From contig CM059433.1 in the NCBI GenBank assembly GCA_030390025.1, positions 18,602,001-18,666,000 of the forward strand: a stretch of 64,000 nucleotides of DNA, written 5' to 3'. How positions within the stretch are numbered: the first letter of the stretch is position 1; every line of letters begins with the position of its first letter. Source of the DNA: Squalus acanthias (taxonomy: Eukaryota). The notes under the pieces are model-generated. The model ran no database searches. It worked only from the letters and a program-made list of their open reading frames with translations, and had not been told where the DNA came from. The translations under genes were made by a program, and so were the position numbers. Below are positions 1 through 13,600 of this stretch, piece by piece.

Positions 1-680
1 GAGGGCGCTAACGGGGCTCAAAGCAAGTAGCACCCGGGCGCGGTGCCGCCAACGCCTCCTGCGAAATTCAGCGGGAGGTTAGCGGCGGCGCTAACCGTTA
101 GCGCCCTGCGGCGCTGCGCTGCCAGCGATGACGTCATCGCCATGCGCAGCGCCCTGGCCGCAATCTTCAGTAGCGGCCCCTGACTTACCGCCGGACGCTA
201 TGTCCGACGGGATCAGGGGGGGCCTACCTGCGGCCGGGGTGGCGCTATTTAAAGGCAAGGTGTCGGGTGGCCATTTTTGTTGCTGGCCACCTGCCAGTAC
301 CTGCCTCCGTTGCTGTCCCTGGCCTCCTGACCCGCCCCCTTTTCTCTTGAGTGCCGGGCTCTTTTCGCCGGCACTCCGATCCCCGGTGGCCCAGCTGGGC
401 CCCGGGTCACGCTGTGCAAGGCCCCTCCCCTTTAAGAAGGGGAGTAAGGCCTGCAATACCACGGCGCGACGTGCTGCAGCGACTTAGCGCGAGACGCTGC
501 GGCACTTAGCACCGCGATATTCCCTTGCAGCGCCCCAAGAGGGAGGCGGGGTGCTTCCAGTAGCACCCTGCTTCCCTCTTGGGTCGCTACCACTCAATTT
601 CGGCCGTGGGGGTGCTAATTTTTCCGGGGCGCTAACAGTAGTTTAGCCCCCAAAGGGGGCGCAACTCAATTTTTTCCCAC
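1..680. mobile_element. GC/CpG-rich MITE-like element, right part
   Basis: Abrupt GC-rich block with internal imperfect palindromes, ending caattttttcccac like the TIR elements elsewhere in the window; no credible ORF. Confidence 0.45.
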
Positions 681-1420
681 TAACTATCTGTGATATTAAT
701 GGTTGCCTGTTCTCTGAAGGACATATCCATGCCATGGTCATTTCCTTCATTGTTTTGCTGTCCTATGAAGGATACGCACCCTCAGTTTTCTCAATAGTAT
801 TTGTGGATTCTCCCTGGATTCCGCATCTCTTCTGATGACACAGTGGGCAATTGACCTACTCTCAAACCTCCACCAGTGCCCCCAAGTTTGGATTGCTGTC
901 AAGAGACACATAATCCAAACCAAGCATGATTCCTCCATCCAATTCCTCCCCTGCAGACATCGCAACACGACTCCTTCCAACTCTGTGTGGTCCAGGTTGG
1001 GGACTGAGCAGACTGGGTGAATGGTCCTACTCCTTGGTGCTGAGCATTGCTTCCCCAGTGCTCAGTACCACCACACCTCTATCGATATTTAAGAAGTTGA
1101 ATGTGTGCTGTTGCGGGAGAGGAGAGTGGGAATAAGCGAAAGGGAGTGGTCAATAAGGTATAGTTGAGAAGTTTAGTGCAGTTTTGCTGGTCACCAACAA
1201 ATGGGATTCAACAATTCTGCAGCTTTTGTGCATGTAAGTAGTTTTTATGTTAAGACGGTGCAAGAAAATATGAGCTCATTTGGTATTTTGGACAAAACCA
1301 AGCATGTTATGTTAGTTTAAGGGTAAAATGTGTCTTTGCACTCAGGATTTGCCTTGGGGATTTTGCGTAGATGCCTGTGGTTCTCTCAGAATTGTCCGAG
1401 CATTGCCATTGTTTTTGTAG

Positions 1421-1620
1421 ATGTGAAGCCGGAACTGAAAATTGGATCCAGTGCAATGATGCCCCAGTTAAAATTTGCAAATATCCCGTGACTGGCCTGT
1501 TTGAAGGATGTTCCTACATTTTCCGTGTGCGAGCAGTAAACAAGAGTGGTATCAGCAAACCTTCCAGAGTCACAGATGCCGTGACAGCCCTTGACCCTGC
1601 TGATTTGGCTAGGCTGCACA
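1421..1620 (+). CDS. MYOM2: MYOM2 exon, 200 bp (FN3 My4 C-terminal half)
   Basis: ttgtag|A TGT GAA...CAC A|gtgagt; CEAGTENWIQCNDAPVKICKYPVTGLFEGCSYIFRVRAVNKSGISKPSRVTDAVTALDPADLARLH. Confidence 0.95.
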
Positions 1621-4600
1621 GTGAGTATCTTTCATTCACAGACTGCATGAGCTTAATTACGCACTTAATCTGATCTTGAGCAGGAGTATTTTTAGTTCTT
1701 TTGAAAAAAAAAAGGGCAGACTTTCAGGCTTCAGGTATTGCGACACAGTTTAAAAGTGACTCTGTAAGAAATAAGGGATGATGCCCACAAATTTTGCCAG
1801 AATCTTCCCCAGAACAAGTGAGGGAACATTGGAAATAACAACAGAAAACGCTGGAAAAACTCAGCAGGTCAGGCAGCATCCGTGGAGAGAGAAACAGAGT
1901 TAACGTTTCAGGTCGAAGTCCTTTCGACAGAACTGGAAAAAAGCAGGAAATGAAATAGATTTTAAGCAAGGATAACATTGGAACATTGGATATACCTGCA
2001 TCTTAAATTATGATAATCCCACGCCCTCTCTCACTTTCAGTGTAACCAGTGTCATAGGCCTATGTTCGGTGTTGCTTGTTGAGTTATCAGCTCTTTCGGG
2101 GACATGTCTTTTTTTTTTGAAGTGGTTGGTCAGCCCCTGGTAGTTTTCTGGGTTGGCATGTACAGGCAAGGCAGCAGAAGGCAGCTGTCGAATATGGCAC
2201 AGTACCTCAGTGTGAGTCGTTGTTTGTGGGAGGATAAAGGGGAGGGAAAATCAAAGAAACAAAATCAATTTTTTTTTTTAGTATGGTTATACACATGTAA
2301 GGTAACTTGTCACTCGAGTCATTCCAAGCTGTGTTCATGTTTAAAGTGCAGAAAGTGGGGGTTACTCCAATGGGTACTAGTTCAAAGAAAATACATTTGT
2401 ACAGCTCTGTGTGTTAGACTAACTATGACAGTAAGATTCCAGGTTGTCATGGTGATGATTACAGCAGGGAGAAGGATTTGTGATAGTTTCTGACCCAGTG
2501 TATCACTGTCAGAATGCATGAATAGAATGGAAAGCAGTAAAACATGTTGCTAGGGACTCTTGCACTGAAATCTGGAACGTGAGTGACACAAAAAAAAAAT
2601 CAGACTTTTGTTGACATTTTCACTGTTTCTCGGTAACTCACTTCCAGTGAGTTGCAGCCATAAACAAGAGATGTCACAGGCCAATAGAAAGAGGCCATTG
2701 TCAGTGGGGAATTGGAGCTATCTCACTGGTTTGTTAAAATGTATTCAGTGTTTGGTAGTCAAGTCTGAGCAAGTTCTGCCACAGGGCAATACAATAACTT
2801 TATTGACCACTGACTGCGCACAGCTAGAATGCCAATTCTGTGCTCCCATCATGCAGGGGCTGAAATTGTTCATTCATCAATCTGCACGGAGTTGTATCCC
2901 GAGAACATTGTAAATCAAGCAGTGGCTGCACTTTAATGGTGAAAGTGTGACAGTATTTATTTTCAGAATTCAGAACTATAATTTGTAATGAAATGGCTGT
3001 CCCTTTTGCAATCAGTCATTATAACTAGTTACAGCTACATTGCTTGTGGAGTTCTTTCAGCCTCCAGAATAGTGACAACTGGCACTTTTGTAGCATCTTT
3101 AGTATTATAAAATGTCCCAAGGTGCTTGCTAGAGGTGGAAAAAATGAACTGGACATTAAGCAGTGATGGGACAAGGGTTACGAACATATGACGGGCAGGA
3201 AAAGACCAGCTTGTTCGCCAAGCCTGCTTCACACAGTCGAGATACATGCAGCATCATGCTTAGACCCCCCCCCCCCCCCCCCTACCCACCAGTAGCCATG
3301 TAATCTCCTGGGAGAGACAAAATAACAGATAAAAACCCAAGGTCAATTAAGGAAAAAAATCTGGAAAATTCTTCTCCGACTCCCCATAGTCCAGGAGACC
3401 ACACTAACCACGCTTATATTGCCTTGTATCTCACCTACCTTTAGGGTTAAGGTTGGTGTAAAGGAGGTCTGAGTCAGAAGAGCAATGGGGCTGAACCAAG
3501 TTGCTGAACCAGGGGGAAGTGAAGCCATGGAGGGACTTGTAGGCGGGAACAAGGATTTTGAAATCGATACATTGAAGGATGGGGAGCCAATGAAGGTTTT
3601 CAGGGACATTGCTGATTGCTGAGGAGTGGGACGTGGTGCAGGATAGGATGCGGGCGGTGACGTTTTAGACAAGCTGCGGTTTGTGAAGGGTGGAACCTGG
3701 GTGGCCAGCAATGGCAGCATTGGAGTAATTAGGTTAGATTTTCCCGCGGTGAGGATTTTCAGCGGCCAGAGCGTGATCTCCAGCCGCCCGATAGCCCTGG
3801 CAGGAGGCCATTTTGAGGGCCGGACTTCATTAACAATCAACTGGCAGGCTGGGCCAGAACGGAATGGCCCAGGGTAGCCCGCCACCCAGCGGTAGGCCCG
3901 GTGAAGATTGCCACAGCCACAGCATGGGCATAAATGGGGCGGTAAGTCATTCCCCACTATCTTCAGGGCACTATAGCCCAGTTTCCACCAGGTTGGAGGC
4001 TTCAGAATCTCCCATATTGAGTCTGGAGCGACAAAAGGTATGGAGATAGATTCAGCAGCAGTGGGAGGTGAGTATGGGGTGGAGTCAGATGATGTGGTGG
4101 TGGTGGAGATAGGTGGTTAGAGGTTTTAGCTGGAGCAAAATAAGATGGCTTTTGTCGAATTGGTGCATAATATCCAATCAATCTTGATGCACTCATTGCA
4201 AATTTGTGGGGCATTGATCCACAGTTCTCAAAGGCAATTAGGGATGGGCAATAAATGCTGGCCTTGCCAACGACGTCCACATCCCATGAACAAATAAAAA
4301 AAACATGCTTTTATTATTGCACTGCCATATTTAAACCTTTTATTTCAAATGTTCTTATAGTGGCTCTGGTTAAATGTGGTGGTTCCAAAATGTACTTTGA
4401 TGACATTATCTACAGTTTTCTGAAAATGTTGATTTATTTCTGCACCTTTCACTTGTGTTCTCTTATTCCTTGGCCCCAACTGGAATGGTTAGATGGTTGG
4501 GCCCATCCTTGTGAGCGATGCCGCTGGTCATCCTGCTTCAGTCTGGGTGCAGGAGGGTTGTTCCCATCAATCCCCCTCGCCGGTACTTGGTGCTGAGCCT

Positions 4601-7600
4601 GACGCCTGACTGAGACCAGGGAATATCAGCTTAGCCGAAGTTGAAAGGCACGGTTTCCTGGTCCATGGCACAGAATCCATTGCATCAACACACACACCTC
4701 ACTGGGGAGCCCAAGACATGCTTTATGATACTTTTGTAAAAAGAGCAAACCAAGAAAATGATTAGCATATTTTGATATTTGTTACCATGATTCCTGAGTA
4801 TTTTCTTATACTATACTGTATAACATATTTTATTCTGTTTTTTTCTTTCCTCAGCTATTTATTTTGATGAAAGCAGAGAGATCGTTATATACCAGGATGA
4901 CTTGGAAGGTAGATTCAATTCTAAACATTATTTTCTTGTGCTTTTTTTAGAACCTGGAGATTACAATAAATATTATTGTATAAAATAACAACAGAAAATG
5001 CTGGAAAAACTCAGCAGGCCAGGCAGCATCCATATTATTGTATGACTGATAAATGTGTGTATAGCAAATTAATCTCTCTGCTATTTTAATGGGGGGATTA
5101 ACCTGTTTATTTTAAATGGGTCATTGCCTCAGTGAAAGTAGTGTGGAGAGGAACTTGATAGGAGCACATTGAGGTAGATTATGACTTTGTGCGATAGTTT
5201 AAAACGAATGATAGCGAGTCGGCAGCCCATTTTACATCTAACTTTTTACTTCCATTGAAGTGAATAGAAGTAAAAATTGGGAGAGATGTAAAATGGGCTG
5301 CCGACTCGCTATCACTCGTTTTACACTTGTGTTTGTACAATTATATAATTCACAGTCATTTCCAGGCTTATAATATCTGGTATTGCAGGAAGTCAGTATT
5401 ACAACCTCCTTTACATTGGAACTCCAACTAATGATAAAAGTTCAGGGTTTATTCCACCTCACCAATGTATCACTGGTAAAGATTACAGCAAGGTTAAAGG
5501 TAAATGGTTATTGGGTTTAGGCTCTAGTTGACTAATGAGACGTCAGTTCGACATATTGGCCCAGAAATTTGACTCGGAGGCTTGCCGCGGGGGTAAGGAT
5601 CTTGCCCGATATCACACTCCGCGCCGGCCGTTGTGTTTCGGGCCCACAGGAACTTCGGGTCCTGGGCCTCTCCCTGGTGCCGGCGCGCAGTGCGTGCGTG
5701 TCCCAGAGGCGCAGTTAGTGCGATGCGACCTCTGGGATCACGTGGGCCATGGAGAGCCAATGGCAGCACACCATCTTTCATTCATAGATTTGACAGGAGA
5801 CCTGTCAAAACTATGAATACAAATTGCCCCCAAAAGAACAGCTAAACCTCAAATAAATTTTTTAAAAAACCATCACATTAATAAAATAACTATAGTTAAA
5901 TAAATTAACCACTTTAAACAAAAATTTAAATTTTTGAAAAAATTTAAATTCTTTTTAAAAGTTATAAAAATAAACTTACCTTTTTTTAAAGTCTCTAAAA
6001 AAGATAAACCTGTTGAAATTTTTTTTTAATTATACTTAATTAACTACTTACCTTGTTAAAAGGGGGTCTTACGCCTCCTTTTTTCATGTGTAAATTCTTC
6101 CATACTTACCCTCGCGTTGAAACCTGAAAAAAAACCTAAGTGTGCTGCGTGCGCACAGCCTGTAGTGCGCACTCGGTTCACCTAGGAACCGCCCCCTTCG
6201 CCATACCGGAAGTGCCGGTTTCCCGCGCATGCGCAGTGCATGCAGGAAACCGGCACTTCGGGATCTAATACGGGTGAGTACACAGTGCGTACTCTCCCGT
6301 ATTAGGCTGAATTTTTGGGCCATTACCTTACTAATGCTGTGTCTATCTGAGTCCATCTGAACACAGACAGTTAACAAGAGTCTTTCAGACCTATTCTAAT
6401 ACAAGTAGCAATTAAGTGGTTGACTACAGATTTACATGCTTGGGACACACTCTGCTTGATTCGGATGCTGTCTCCCGTTCTCCCAAAGTGGCAAATAGCA
6501 AGAGCTTGTTCCCTGCTTTATAGCCATTTCCTTACCCATACATGATAACATTTGTGACTTTTACAATTTACTTAAATCATCATATTTTAGCTTGTGACCT
6601 TTAGGTCATTGAGTTTGACTTTGTTGGGCATCTTATGACCCATGGGTCTTTGAACAGATTGCTGAACACGCACAACCATAGGGTCCTCACCCTTATCAGA
6701 TCCTGTTCCATTGTCTGAAGTTATCATCATCTTAGACAGTGGTCAACTACCTTTCATTACACATATCTCTGCCAGAATACCTTCCCGTGCAGCAGGTAAA
6801 GTAAGCTATTTAAAATGTTAAACCTCTGCTTCCTGTATGGTTTGCTCAAGATGTTTTATCCTGAGTTGAGGGCTATGTGCAGAAGCACACATAGTTTTCT
6901 TAGGCTAACTTCTTTACCCATACTGCTACACTTTATCCTACCCATAATTCTTGCATTAGCCGTTCTGCCTTGGTGTGGGTAAAAAGCTGCCAAAGCATAT
7001 ATTCTCCAACAATGGTGAAGGGTAAGCAATGGCAAAGAGGAAGAAGGCAGCAATAATAAAGGGATTGATGAAGTTGAAAGTAAAATGGAAGGCGATAATG
7101 AAGATAGTAACATTCTGGTTTGGAATAGAATGATTGCCACACTTAACCACTGCATGACGTGAGGCAAATTTAAAACAGCACACTATTGGACCATGCACTC
7201 TGCAATCAGTGCTCATGCAGGTATCTAAAACAACAATTTTCCAAATAAACTATGATATTGGGAATGGGAACTAATAACTTGCAATATAGTTTTGCCAGTG
7301 ACAAGAATTCTAGCTGCCGGGAGTGTTAGCCGAGTGTTAGCCGCCTTCTTTTATATTTGCAATATATGTTTATGATGTTGGATCTTCACACTCACGTTGC
7401 TCTTGTAGGAGTTGTCTGGATTCCTGACCTAAACCTGCAAGCACAGCAGTCCGATGTAATGTCTAAGCACCAATATGCTATATCAGATCACAAATAGTGT
7501 TCATTTTTTAACAGTTATTTGACAAATGTTCCTTTTCTCGGTACACAGTGCTTCTACATGTTGGAACATCAATATGTTTTTGAGGAATTCAACAGAGTGA

Positions 7601-10600
7601 GGGCTTGATTTTTAGCCGCACTGTTTCAGAAGGCACCTACTGGAGATTGGGGGCTGGATTTTGAATGACCCATGGAGTCGGGTTTGGAGGCGTGTGGGGG
7701 GTTAAATTTGCGGGGTTGGGGTTTCCGACCCTATCCCGACTCCATCCCGCCTCCACGCAATTTTGACATAATCAGTTGCGGGGTTCCCGATTCCGTCCCG
7801 CCTCCAAGAGGCGGGAGAGGCCATTAAAGCCCTTAACAAGCTCTAAATTGGCTCTGTAATGCGATTTTGAAACGCTGTAGCTAGTTTAACCCTCTTCTGA
7901 CGTGAAGCACGCCTGGTGTGAAACATGCCAGTGAAACCTGGCAGGAGCACAAGTGGATAGCTGACTATCGGCTGCAAGTCCACTATTACAACGGAGATGT
8001 GATGAAGGTGGTAGTGGTACTAGTAGTATTAGCTCTGAACATTGCCTCTGATGCTGCTGCATTGAATGGCAAAAAAAATGTCTCTCTCTCTCTCTCTCTC
8101 TCTCTCCTTTTTGCATCCAGGTCCACTCACATCATAAGCCAGGCAACTCCTCTCTCACCAACAGTCTCTGAGACTAGGCAGTCAGTACTGATGACATCAT
8201 CAGAGGCGACTTTCAGACTGAAAACACTAATTGGTTCATGGGTTCCCACATGCTGCAACTCAATTGCCCAATTAAGTGAAAATTGCATCAGGCATCCACA
8301 TTAATCTGGAGTCGGGGGGAAAACACAAAATGCGGATTACACGACCCCAACCCGACCCCAAGACAAAATCCAGCCCTGGGTGTCTCCATGCAGTGACGAG
8401 GCTGTCTAGAGAAGGTTGTTCTTGTATGCTTCCTACTGTTTTAACTGGCAACAGGCCCCTACTTCTGGCCTCCCAGAAGTTGAGGCAAATCCCCTATAGG
8501 AAGACTGAAGAGGGATGAAAATAAGTTTTTTTTAAAAGTGCCCTTTATTTGATGGTGGCTTACCTTAAAAATGATTTATTTTCATATTATAAAGGTAGAT
8601 ATGAATTCCTCCCCGAATCCCTTCATAGATTGAATGGTGTGGTACTGAGCATTACAGAATATGAAGGTTCCAGGTTTGATTCCTGTGCTGTGCTGAGTTA
8701 GCAGATCTTAGCTGGAGTGATATCGGGGGTTCTGTACTTGGCCTCAGCACCCTGGGCTAGGGAAGGGTAAAAGATCAAAGACCTTTGCTCCCCAATGCTA
8801 CCCAGTGGCCCCTGCTGGAAAGAACTTGGCGCTGGATTACCGCGGGGGTTTCTCGGGGGCATAGTTTCAGAATAAAGGGTCGCCCTTTTAGAACTGAGAT
8901 GAGGAATTTCTTCTCTCGGAGGGTCATAAATCTGTGGAATTCTCTGCCCCAGAGAGCCGTGGAGGCTGGGCCATTAAATACATTTAGGGTATAGACAGAG
9001 TTTTGCAAGATAAGGGAGTGAAGGGTTATGGGGAGCGGGCAGGGAAGTGGCTTTGAGCCCAAGATCAGCCATGATCTTATTGAATGGCGGAGCAGGCTCG
9101 AGGGGCCAAGTGGCCTATTCCTGCTCTTATTTCTTATGTTCTCCCATTCTCCTGCCATGTTCTCCCATTCTCCTGCCATAACTTCACCGAGAGCTCGGCA
9201 GGCCCTCCAGAGAAATGGGGCGAACGGCTGCCAAAGTTACTGCAGGAAATCGAGAGAAAGATCAGGGCCCTTGTGCATTGATGTTTGTGAGGACCAGATT
9301 GTCCTTGGCTCTGCTGCTCCCCATGGTCTGGCAGCCTGTTGACATGCACTGGAACTATACTCCATCATTAGTCTCCCTTTTGGGGAGGAGGAGATAATAA
9401 AAAATGATTCTGGTTTGTAATATTATCCTGTAATTGTATTCAACCTTAGGGCTGCAATTCATAACCTTTTTCTCCAGTACCATGTTTGTTTTAACTAAAA
9501 GTGATTATGTGTGAAATGTTTTCTATGTATAGTGGTAACAGTACATGGTGAGACTCTGTGGGCTAACAGTGGTGCCTGATATATTGAAGTGTTGGGGTGC
9601 AGTATTGGACCCTCTGTAAAGTTGTAAGTGTGAGCAACAGCCAAATGGATGAATTTTAATTCCTTATTTTCCTCTAAATATTATATATTCATGAGCCCGA
9701 GTAATTTTTATGCTGACTCATAGCTAATGTTTGGGATACCATTTACCTGTTAAAAAATCAGACTATATTAAGAATATCGATTTATAATCCTCATGCATTT
9801 AACACAGAAAGAAAAGTGATCCAGTTAGGTTTGTTTGTTTATTTACGGATTCCCAGTCTGAGTATCTCCTCTGACCAATCTCTGTGCAAGGCGCTGATGC
9901 GTGCTGGGATGTGGTTCCACGGGTGTTCCCGGTTCTCTGGTACCTCACCCAAGTCATACTTCATCGACGAGCTTGAGCAGTGAGCGTGAGCAGCTACTGA
10001 ACTGTAAAGGACGTCGCAACAAAAATCTGATTCTGCCCTCAACTGACCTTCACAGGCACTGGTCACTGGAGAGTGATCAGGAGTGCGATCTCCGGTAGAT
10101 TTTTACCTTCTGAGTCTAATTGTACAAGTCTAGTGCCAGACCAGTTGAGGTCAGCTCAGTAACAACCAGAGATTGAGTCTGGGACCTTCCTGGTATGTAT
10201 GGTTTCGTGCCACAGCAGTGTTTCTTTTCAGGCAGTGCTATCATCTATATGCACCTAGTTTTTATTAGAGTCTTTAGCGTAGAGGTTAAAACTGTAGTAC
10301 CAGTAATCCATTTGTCTCTTATCTCTATTCCATAGCGGACGTAAAATCCCCAGGGCAACCCACGAATGTCCATGCAGCTGAGACCAGCAGGAACTACATT
10401 GTACTCAGCTGGGATCCACCTGATCCACGTGGCAGAGAACCACTGAAGTATTTTGTTGAAAAGGTATAAAACTTTGTGCTTGGGCCAAAATTGTTTGTAA
10501 TGATTTAATTTTCTAACCGATTTTTGTAATATTACTCCTGCCATACAACTTAAAATATCATATTAGATCAAAATCACTTTTGGATTATCAGTCTATAACT

Positions 10601-13600
10601 TGGGTGTAAAATAATAATTACATTTGTTGAAAATGCATTTTGCAGATTATGCTGATAGTTAGATGAGGAAGGACGGGAGGAGGCTCGAGTGGAGCATAAA
10701 CGCCGGCATGGACTGGTTGGGCCGAATGGCCTGTTTCCGTGCCGTATATTCTATGTAATCCTATATAAGATCGAGGGAAAGGAGCTGCAAAGGGTTTGCA
10801 ACACAAAGGGGCTGCAGTACAATAGAGTTACACTAAGGCAGAAATTGGACCCTGCTGTGCCCATTCTTCGGGCGCAGAACGGGGGGGATAAAAGCACCAA
10901 TTATCTGGTGTTGCTTCCCGTGCCCCAAGGGCGTCTAAAATATGTTTGACGCCATATTGGGTTGGGTGATATTCGGGCATCCCTGGAGGTCACCTAAAAC
11001 AGGTGTTAGGTGCCTTGTATATGTTAATGAGGGGCTTAAGACCTGTTTCAGGACCTCGCCCAGAAATTCGTTAGGCCTGAGCAGAGAATGCGCTGGGAAT
11101 GCTCCTCTCTGGTTTTTGAGTCCTTAAAGGGATGGCTGGAGGCTGCCATGAAAAAGTAAATATTTTCTTTTAAACTTGCCTTCATGTGGAGATGGGGCGA
11201 GCAGGAGTGCTCCTCCTGGCTCCAAAATACTACTGTGGGCTGCTGATGGTCTGGGCTCACCCCCCTCCCGCATTCCTCCCCCACCCCCACCCCCACCCCC
11301 AGAACTTACCTGAGGCCACTGCCGGTGAGGCAGTCGGCCCAAATTGGTCATCTTCCAATCAGACGTCCCGAGGCAGTTCGCTGGAAACATGTGGATGAGG
11401 CCCGAGGTCCAGTTTTGGTCAAGTCTCGAGCCTCCGGCTTTAGGCACATGTTGTCAGCACGCTGACCATTCTGCACCTGAAAACGGGCCAAAACTAATTT
11501 CTAGTCCAGTGTTTCTGGACTGTAGTGCAGTCGAGCTGTAGTGTGTAGGGCCGTTTGTATATGGGAGCTGCACAGTGATTCCCTTCTGAATTATAAATGT
11601 ATATCTTAAATCCTTAACGTCAGTATTCACAACTCCTTTATGGAACCCAATTAATAATTCATATTAAAAGTATCTCTTAATGTGCAGTTTTAAAGTTGCC
11701 ATGCCCCAAATTGTTGCTAAATCAGGTCTTGGCTCAATAGTAGCACCCTTGTCTCTGAGTCAGAAGATTGTGGGATCAAACCCCCCCCTTGTCTCTGAGT
11801 CAGAAGATTGTGGGATCAAACCCCCCCCTTGTCTCTGAGTCAGAAGATTGTGGGATCAAACCCCCCCCTTGTCTCTGAGTCAGAAGATTGTGGGATCAAA
11901 CCCCCCCCTTGACTCTGAGTCAGAAGATTGTGGGATCAAACCCCACTCCAAGACTTGAGCACATAAGCTAGGCTAACATTTCAGTTCAGAACTGAGACAG
12001 TGCTCCATTATTAGAGGTGCTGTCTTCTGGATGAGACGTTAAACCAAGGCCTTCCCTCTCCGGTGGATGTAAAAGATCCTGTGGCACTATTCAAAGAAAA
12101 GCAGGGGAGGTGTCCTGACATTTACCCCTCAACCAATTAAAGATTTAGATGTCCTCGTGCAAGAAACACAGAAAGCTAGCATGCAGGTACAGCAAGCAAT
12201 AAGGAAGGCAAATAGCATGTTGGCCTTTATTGCAAGGGGGCTGGAGTATAAGAGTAAGGAAGTCTTGCTACAATTGTACAGGGCTTTGGTGAGACCACAC
12301 CTGGAGTACTGCGCACAGTTTTGGTCTCCTTATCTAAGGAAGGATATACTTGCCTTGGAGGCGGTGCAACGAAGGTTCACTAGATTGATTCCTGGGATGA
12401 GAGGATTGTCCTACGATGAGAGATTGTGTAGAATGGGCCTATACTCTCTGGAGTTTAGAAGAATGAGAGGTGATCTCATTGAAACATACAAGATTCTGAA
12501 GGGGATTGACAGGGTAGATGCTGAGAGGTTGTTTCCCCTGGCTGAGTGTCTAGAACTAGGGGGCATAGTCTCAGGATAAGGGGTAGGCCATTTAAGAGGA
12601 ATTTCTTCACTCAGAGGGTTGTGAGTCTTTGGAATTCTCTGCCCCAGAGGGTTGTGCATGCTGAGTCTTTGAGTATATTCAAGGCTGAGGTTGTTAGATT
12701 TTTGGACTCTAGGGGAATCAAGGGATATGGAGATCAGGCAGGAAAGTGGAGTTGAGGTCGATGATCAGCCATGATCTTATTGAATGGCGGAGCAGGCTCG
12801 AGGGGCCGTACGGCCTACTCCTGCTCTTATTTCTTATGTTCTTATATAAAAAAAACAGATCACCTGGCTATTCATCTCTTTGCTGTTTGTGGGATCTTGC
12901 TGCATGCAAATTGACTGCCGTGTGTGCTACGTAACAGTGACGACACTTCAAATGTAATTCATTGGCTGTAAGTGCTTTTGGATGTGAAAGGTGCTAAATA
13001 AATGCAAGTTCTTTCTTTCTTAGCATATTAAAGTCAGAGAAGGCTGAATTGAGTATCAGTAATTAGATTTAAAATAATTTGTTAGCTTGTTTTTCGACTT
13101 ATGAAAAAACAGTAAAAATTGTACAATAGACACAATATTGTAAATGTCTGGAGCATAGTCTTCCTGTATTGGTGATGTACTATATTAAATGTAATGTAAA
13201 GATGGTTTTTTTAAATCTCTGTTGATAGTTTTACAGGTGGGAAGGAAGCTAGTTAATTTTTCATATGGGAAACCGTTTTGAAGGCAAAGGTTAAGGGGTA
13301 TTTACTCAGACTAAGGTTGGTTTACTTTGTTTTTTATAATCCTGGCTTGAACAAATTGTAGTAGATCTAAATAAAAATGATCCCTGATATGCCACAACCT
13401 CCGATATAATATACGCTATGTATGTCCCCTTCACTAATTGAGAAGACCGCTCTCCTTATAACCCGATCAATAGAACACAGCTATTGGTGATTGGAAACCC
13501 ATATGAAACATGATTTGTATAACACTGATATAACTTACACCTTTTTAAAGCTTTTTTTAAAAAAAGCATGGAAACACCATCTGTACAACACTCCCTTTTC

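Larger units (their letters stand above)
11726..13015 (+). mobile_element. Deu-domain tRNA-derived SINE (SacSINE1-like), split by a CR1 insertion
   Basis: Colinear with the intact copy at 57370-57826: head 11726-12138, tail 12850-13015. Confidence 0.75.

Noticed and set aside
1..680. CpG-island promoter or GC-rich ORFs (91-462, 128-487)
   Set aside because: Intronic, looks like the GC-rich MITEs elsewhere in the window, and the peptides are low-information
3343..3957. 204-aa minus-strand ORF
   Set aside because: No recognisable domain; it spans decayed L2-like and GC-rich repeat sequence
9137..9179. 21-bp tandem duplication at a CR1 tail
   Set aside because: Simple local duplication with no further structure
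11746..11944. CRISPR-like array
   Set aside because: Head-to-tail identical units with no unique spacers, in a eukaryotic SINE context
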